NCBI GenBank assembly: GCA_963677935.2
Contig: CAXXEH010000003.1
Span: forward strand, 2,349,820-2,413,819
Length of the DNA stretch: 64,000 nt
Origin: Prolixibacteraceae bacterium
GTDB lineage: Bacteria; Bacteroidota; Bacteroidia; Bacteroidales; Prolixibacteraceae
Direction of reading: 5' to 3'
This document shows positions 60,088 to 64,000 of the stretch, piece after piece. The first letter of the stretch is position 1, and every line of letters starts with the position of its first letter. Below the pieces are notes generated by a model. The model worked only from the letters and a program-made list of their open reading frames with translations, was not told where the DNA came from and ran no database searches. Made by a program: the position numbers and the translations under genes.

Positions 60088-63000
60088 TTAGTCTTTAATG
60101 CACCTTACATTAAAACCACAATTTTTATGGTCGTAAAATCGCTGTATTGATGCATTATAATAAAAGATGAACCAATTTATTCCATTAGTTTCACTCTCCG
60201 ATGTAGCTGTCCAAAAGGTTCCGGAACCATCAAAAAAATCGCCATTTTTATTTCGTTGCCCCCCTTGCAATCCTGTAAAACCACTACTGTTATCGGCTCC
60301 GGTATTTGGACTATACCAATGATTAGTACCAGTTTCTTTCATTTTACCTCCGGCAACACTTTCTCCGCCTAAATAGCTTATAAGAGTCACCCATTCGTTG
60401 TCTATTGGTACATGCCATCCGGAAGGGCAAAGTTTACGACTGTCATTTGTCGTATACCAATTATAAAGTAATCCTAATTTCGGATCTACTGAACTGTCAT
60501 TATATTTATAGCAGTAGGCTCCATTTGTAAAATTGCTCCATTGTGTATTATCGGTTATATTGGCAATCGGATCCCCGTTATTAAAGTGTTTTATCCTCAG
60601 ATTTTCAACCAACCAAACCTGGGCGCCTATCGTTACACTGGAATAACCATTTCCATCAATGTCCATTACAGCGAATGTCTTAAATGAGATTGCATTGCCA
60701 TAAGAAGTACCGGCAGAATTTGTAGCATATGCCCTTGCATTTAAAGATGTATTGGGTGGCAAAGCTATCAGGTTACTAATAAAACTTCCCGCCCCGGTTC
60801 CATCTGCCGTCTTACTGTCTGAAACAGTAGGAGTTGCACCTGTACTCCAGCATACACCGCGTGCAGTTATTGATGTTCCCCCATCACTGGTAATTGTTCC
60901 TCCACTGACAGCTGTAATATCTTTTATTCCGCTTACATCGGAGGTTGTTAAAACAGGTGGCGTTGGTGGTAATGTTGTAAATGAAACAACACTCCCATAT
61001 CCTGTGCCTGCACTATTGGTAGCATATGCGCGTACATAATAAGTACTGCCTGCAGTTAACCCAATCAGATTGCTCGTAAAACTTCCCGTCCCTGCTCCAT
61101 CCGTTGTTTTGCTGTCTAAAACAGTTGGCGTTGGACCCGTACTCCAGCAAATGCCATGGGCAGTTATTGTAATACCCCCATCATCTGTAATGGTTCCGCC
61201 ACTGTTTGCTGTGATTTTTGTTATTCCACTAACTTCGGATGTTATTATTAGCGGCGGTGTTGGTGGTAATGTTGTAAATGAAATAGCGTTTCCGTATCCT
61301 GTACCTGCACTATTGGTTGCAAATGCCCGAATATAATAGGTTGTGCCTGCAGTTAAACCGGCAAAGTTGCTTATAAAACCTCCAGTGCCTGTTCCATCTG
61401 TTGTTTTGCTGTCTGAAATCGTAGGTGATGAACCCGTACTCCAGCAAACTCCGCGTACAGTAATTGTTGCTCCCCCATCGCTGGTGATGGTTCCACCACT
61501 GGCAGCAGTGATTTTTGTAATTCCACTTACTGCGGAGGTCGTTAAAACTGGCGGGGTAAGCGGTAATGTTGTAAACGAAACAGCGCTCCCGTATCCTGTA
61601 CCATCACTATTGGTTGCATATGCGCGAAGGTAATAGGTAGTATTTGGAGTTAAACCGATCAGGTTGCTCGTAAAACTACCGGCGCCTGTTCCTTCTGTTG
61701 TTTTGCTGTCTGCAATAGTTGGTGTGGGGCTGGTACTCCAGCAAACACCACGTGCGATGACTGTCAGACCACCTGAACTTGTAATGGTTCCGCCACTTGC
61801 AGCCGTAACATAACTTATTGCACTTATATCAGTGGTCGTTAATACAGGTGGGGTAAGCGGCAATGTTGTAAATAAAACAACACTCCCATATCCTGTACCA
61901 TTACTATTGGTGGCATATGCACGTAGATAATAGGTTGTACCTGCAGATAAACCGGTAAGACTGCTTATAAAACCTCCAGTGCCTGTTCCATCAGTTGTTT
62001 TGCTGTTTAAAATAGTTGGATTAGCGCCTGTACTCCAGCAAACTCCACGGGCATTGATCGTTAATCCCCCATCATTTGTGATGGTTCCACCACTGGTAGC
62101 AGTGATTTTTGTGATTCCAATTACTGCGGAGGTCGTTAAAACTGGCGGGGTAAGCGGTAATGTTGTAAACGAAACAGCGCTCCCGTATCCTGTACCATCA
62201 CTATTGGTTGCATATGCACGCAGGTAATAGGTAGTATTTGGAGTTAAACCGATCAGGTTGCTCGTAAAACTTCCGGCGCCTGTTCCATCTGTTGTTTTGC
62301 TGTCTGCAATAGTTGGTGTGGGGCTGGTACTCCAACAAACACCACGTGCGGTGACCATCAAACCACCATCGCTTGAAATATTTCCACCACCAGTAGCGGT
62401 AACATAGCTTAATGCACTTATGTCGGTGGTCGTTAAAACAGGTGGGGTAAGCGGCAATGTTGTAAATAAAACAACACTCCCATATCCTGTACCATTACTA
62501 TTGGTTGCATATGCACGTAGATAATAGGTTGTACCTGCAGATAAACCGGTAAGACTGCTTATAAAACCTCCAGTGCCTGTTCCATCAGTTGTTTTGCTGT
62601 TTAATATAGTTGGCGTTGCCCCCATACTCCAGCAAACACCACGTGCAATGATCGTAGCTCCCCCATCGTTTGTAATGGTTCCACCACTGGCAGCAGTGAT
62701 TTTTGTGATTCCACTTACTGCGGAGGTCGTTAAAACTGGCGGGGTAAGCGGTAATGTTGTAAACGAAACAGCGCTCCCGTATCCTGTACCATCACTATTG
62801 GTTGCATAGGCACGCAGGTAATAGGTAGTATTTGGAGTTAAACCGATCAGGTTGCTCGTAAAACTACCGGCGCCTGTTCCATCCATTGTTTTGTTGTTCA
62901 AAATGGTTGGCGTATCCCCTGTACTCCAGCATACACCACGGGCAGTAATTGTCAGACCTCCATCAATTGTAATATTTCCACCACTGATTGCTGTAAAATA

Positions 63001-64000
63001 GGTTATTCCGCTTGCTTCAGTTGTTGTTAAAACAGGTGGGGTAAGCGGTAATGTTTTAAATGAAACCGTACTACCATATCCTGTACCACTACTATTGGTC
63101 GCATATGCGCGTACATAATAGGTTGTGCCTGCTGATAAACCAACCAGACTACCTGAAAAAATTATGGCACCAGTTCCATCAGCTGTTTTGTTGCCCGAAA
63201 TGGTTGGGGTGGTACCCGTACTCCAGCAAACACCACGTACCGTTATGGCCGCTCCCCCATCATTTATAATGGTTCCACCACTGGTAGCTGTCATTTTTGT
63301 GATTCCACTAACATCGGAGGTTATTAATACTGGTAGTGTTGGCAGTGTTGTTGTGAATGAAACAGCACTCCCATATCCTGTACCTTCACTGTTGGTGGCA
63401 AAAGCACGTACATAATAAGTGATGCCAGCGGATAAACCAGTTAAATTACCTGTAAAACTTCCCGTTCCTGTTATTTCTGTCGTTTTGCTGTCCGAAATAG
63501 TTGGGGTGGCGCCTGTACTCCAGCAAATGCCACGTATCGTTACTGTTGCACCTCCATCGCTCAGAATGTTTCCGCCACTTTTTGCAGAAATTTTAGTTAT
63601 TTCAGTTGCATCTGATGTTGTTAAAACAGGTGGGGTCAGCGACAGTGTTTTAAACGAAACAGCGCTCCCATAGGCTGTACCATCAATATTGGTGGCATAT
63701 GCACGTACGTAATAAGTTGTGCCCGGTGACAGACCACTCAGGTTGCCCGTAAAACTTCCGGCGCCTGTTCCATCTGTTGTTTTGCTGTCTGAAATTGTTG
63801 GACTGACCCCCGTACTCCAGCAAACACCTCGTGCAGATACGGTTAAACCCCCGTCGCTCGAAATGGTTCCACCACTTTTAGCAGTTATATAACTTATTGC
63901 ACTTACATCGGTGGTGGTTAAAACAGGTAATGTCAGGGCAAGTGTTGTAAATGAAACAGCGCTCCCATATCCTGTTCCAACGCTGGTGGTGGCATATGCC
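60088..64000 (-). CDS. second giant GVCWS-module / FISUMP-domain protein, 5' end beyond window
   Basis: The track start at 63294 is an internal Met. Codons upstream read ...YYVRAFATNSEGTGYGSAVSFTTTLPTLPVLITSDVSGITK-M-TATSGG, and I saw no stop up to nt 64000. At least 11 modules lie in the window. The C-terminal 195 aa (60088-60675) end GFNVRCIKD. Confidence 0.85.
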   Translation of the reverse strand, partial: AYATTSVGTGYGSAVSFTTLALTLPVLTTTDVSAISYITAKSGGTISSDGGLTVSARGVCWSTGVSPTISDSKTTDGTGAGSFTGNLSGLSPGTTYYVRAYATNIDGTAYGSAVSFKTLSLTPPVLTTSDATEITKISAKSGGNILSDGGATVTIRGICWSTGATPTISDSKTTEITGTGSFTGNLTGLSAGITYYVRAFATNSEGTGYGSAVSFTTTLPTLPVLITSDVSGITKMTATSGGTIINDGGAAITVRGVCWSTGTTPTISGNKTADGTGAIIFSGSLVGLSAGTTYYVRAYATNSSGTGYGSTVSFKTLPLTPPVLTTTEASGITYFTAISGGNITIDGGLTITARGVCWSTGDTPTILNNKTMDGTGAGSFTSNLIGLTPNTTYYLRAYATNSDGTGYGSAVSFTTLPLTPPVLTTSAVSGITKITAASGGTITNDGGATIIARGVCWSMGATPTILNSKTTDGTGTGGFISSLTGLSAGTTYYLRAYATNSNGTGYGSVVLFTTLPLTPPVLTTTDISALSYVTATGGGNISSDGGLMVTARGVCWSTSPTPTIADSKTTDGTGAGSFTSNLIGLTPNTTYYLRAYATNSDGTGYGSAVSFTTLPLTPPVLTTSAVIGITKITATSGGTITNDGGLTINARGVCWSTGANPTILNSKTTDGTGTGGFISSLTGLSAGTTYYLRAYATNSNGTGYGSVVLFTTLPLTPPVLTTTDISAISYVTAASGGTITSSGGLTVIARGVCWSTSPTPTIADSKTTEGTGAGSFTSNLIGLTPNTTYYLRAYATNSDGTGYGSAVSFTTLPLTPPVLTTSAVSGITKITAASGGTITSDGGATITVRGVCWSTGSSPTISDSKTTDGTGTGGFISNFAGLTAGTTYYIRAFATNSAGTGYGNAISFTTLPPTPPLIITSEVSGITKITANSGGTITDDGGITITAHGICWSTGPTPTVLDSKTTDGAGTGSFTSNLIGLTAGSTYYVRAYATNSAGTGYGSVVSFTTLPPTPPVLTTSDVSGIKDITAVSGGTITSDGGTSITARGVCWSTGATPTVSDSKTADGTGAGSFISNLIALPPNTSLNARAYATNSAGTSYGNAISFKTFAVMDIDGNGYSSVTIGAQVWLVENLRIKHFNNGDPIANITDNTQWSNFTNGAYCYKYNDSSVDPKLGLLYNWYTTNDSRKLCPSGWHVPIDNEWVTLISYLGGESVAGGKMKETGTNHWYSPNTGADNSSGFTGLQGGQRNKNGDFFDGSGTFWTATSESETNGINWFIFYYNASIQRFYDHKNCGFNVRCIKD
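60676..64000 (-). repeat. in-frame 297-bp tandem coding repeat array (>=11 units, continues past window), including a near-identical 594-bp double unit
   Basis: The string cggtaatgttgtaaacgaaacagcgctcccgtatcctgtaccatcactattggttgcata recurs at 61561, 62155 and 62749, i.e. 594-bp steps. Confidence 0.9.

Noticed and set aside
55651-60675. Diversity-generating retroelement (template/variable repeat pair) acting on the two lectin-like FISUMP heads
   Set aside because: The two heads differ throughout, not just at adenine-templated positions. I saw no near-identical TR/VR pair, and no reverse transcriptase gene is present in the window.
56288-63673. A series of 78-102-aa plus-strand ORFs (MPADKP...VLQQTPRA...NETALPYPVPSLLVA) recurring every 297 or 594 bp
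   Set aside because: They are antisense shadows of the minus-strand module arrays. The minus strand carries uninterrupted 1314-aa and >1300-aa ORFs with a signal peptide and a recognisable C-terminal domain. The plus-strand ORFs are broken by stops every module.
55651-64000. Possible CRISPR array because of highly regular repeats
   Set aside because: The period is 297 bp, far longer than CRISPR repeat-plus-spacer units. There is no repeat/unique-spacer alternation, the repeats are in-frame coding modules, and no cas genes are present.
1-64000. Searched for defence islands, prophage, integrases, transposases, tRNA and rRNA genes
   Set aside because: None were recognised. The only mobile or selfish traces are two dead toxin-antitoxin cassettes and the short extragenic repeats.

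Overview
This is a Bacteroidota-type chromosomal segment, judged from the SusC/SusD pair, ECF-sigma/FecR signalling, Cys-lipoprotein signals and an 11-subunit NDH-1.

**Layout**
- 1-15.9 kb: a polysaccharide utilization locus (PUL). It holds a 5'-truncated GH-D-like hydrolase, an ECF sigma factor, FecR, SusC with an STN extension, SusD, an Ig/LamG lipoprotein, a decayed gene remnant, a 791-aa unknown protein and a GH43 enzyme.
- 16-21.8 kb: small accessory genes. These are a second, apparently frameshifted ECF sigma with two small membrane ORFs, a VanX-type dipeptidase, a small lipoprotein and a GH38 alpha-mannosidase.
- 21.8-53.7 kb: mostly housekeeping genes on the minus strand. These are ispE, gcvP, an MBL hydrolase, rlmF, pcm, nuoABCDHIJKLMN, ADP-forming acetyl-CoA synthetase, DUF2339, DUF4395, an OmpA/TPR lipoprotein, a deoxynucleoside kinase, pnp, rpsO and gldA. 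Two decayed toxin-antitoxin remnants and short intergenic repeat families are scattered among them.
- 53.9-64 kb: a small membrane protein and an outer-membrane beta-barrel protein. They are followed by two tandem giant lipoprotein genes built from exact 297-bp (99-aa) modules, each capped by a FISUMP-type C-terminal domain. The second gene runs off the window end.

**What I did not see**
I found no rRNA or tRNA genes, CRISPR array, integrase, transposase, prophage or recognisable defence genes.

**Best candidates for something undescribed**
- The giant modular FISUMP lipoprotein pair, which shows signs of recent module expansion, gene conversion and a swapped head domain.
- The unassignable 791-aa PUL protein.

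Neither is proven novel from sequence reading alone. All family calls are by-eye motif recognition and no searches were run.
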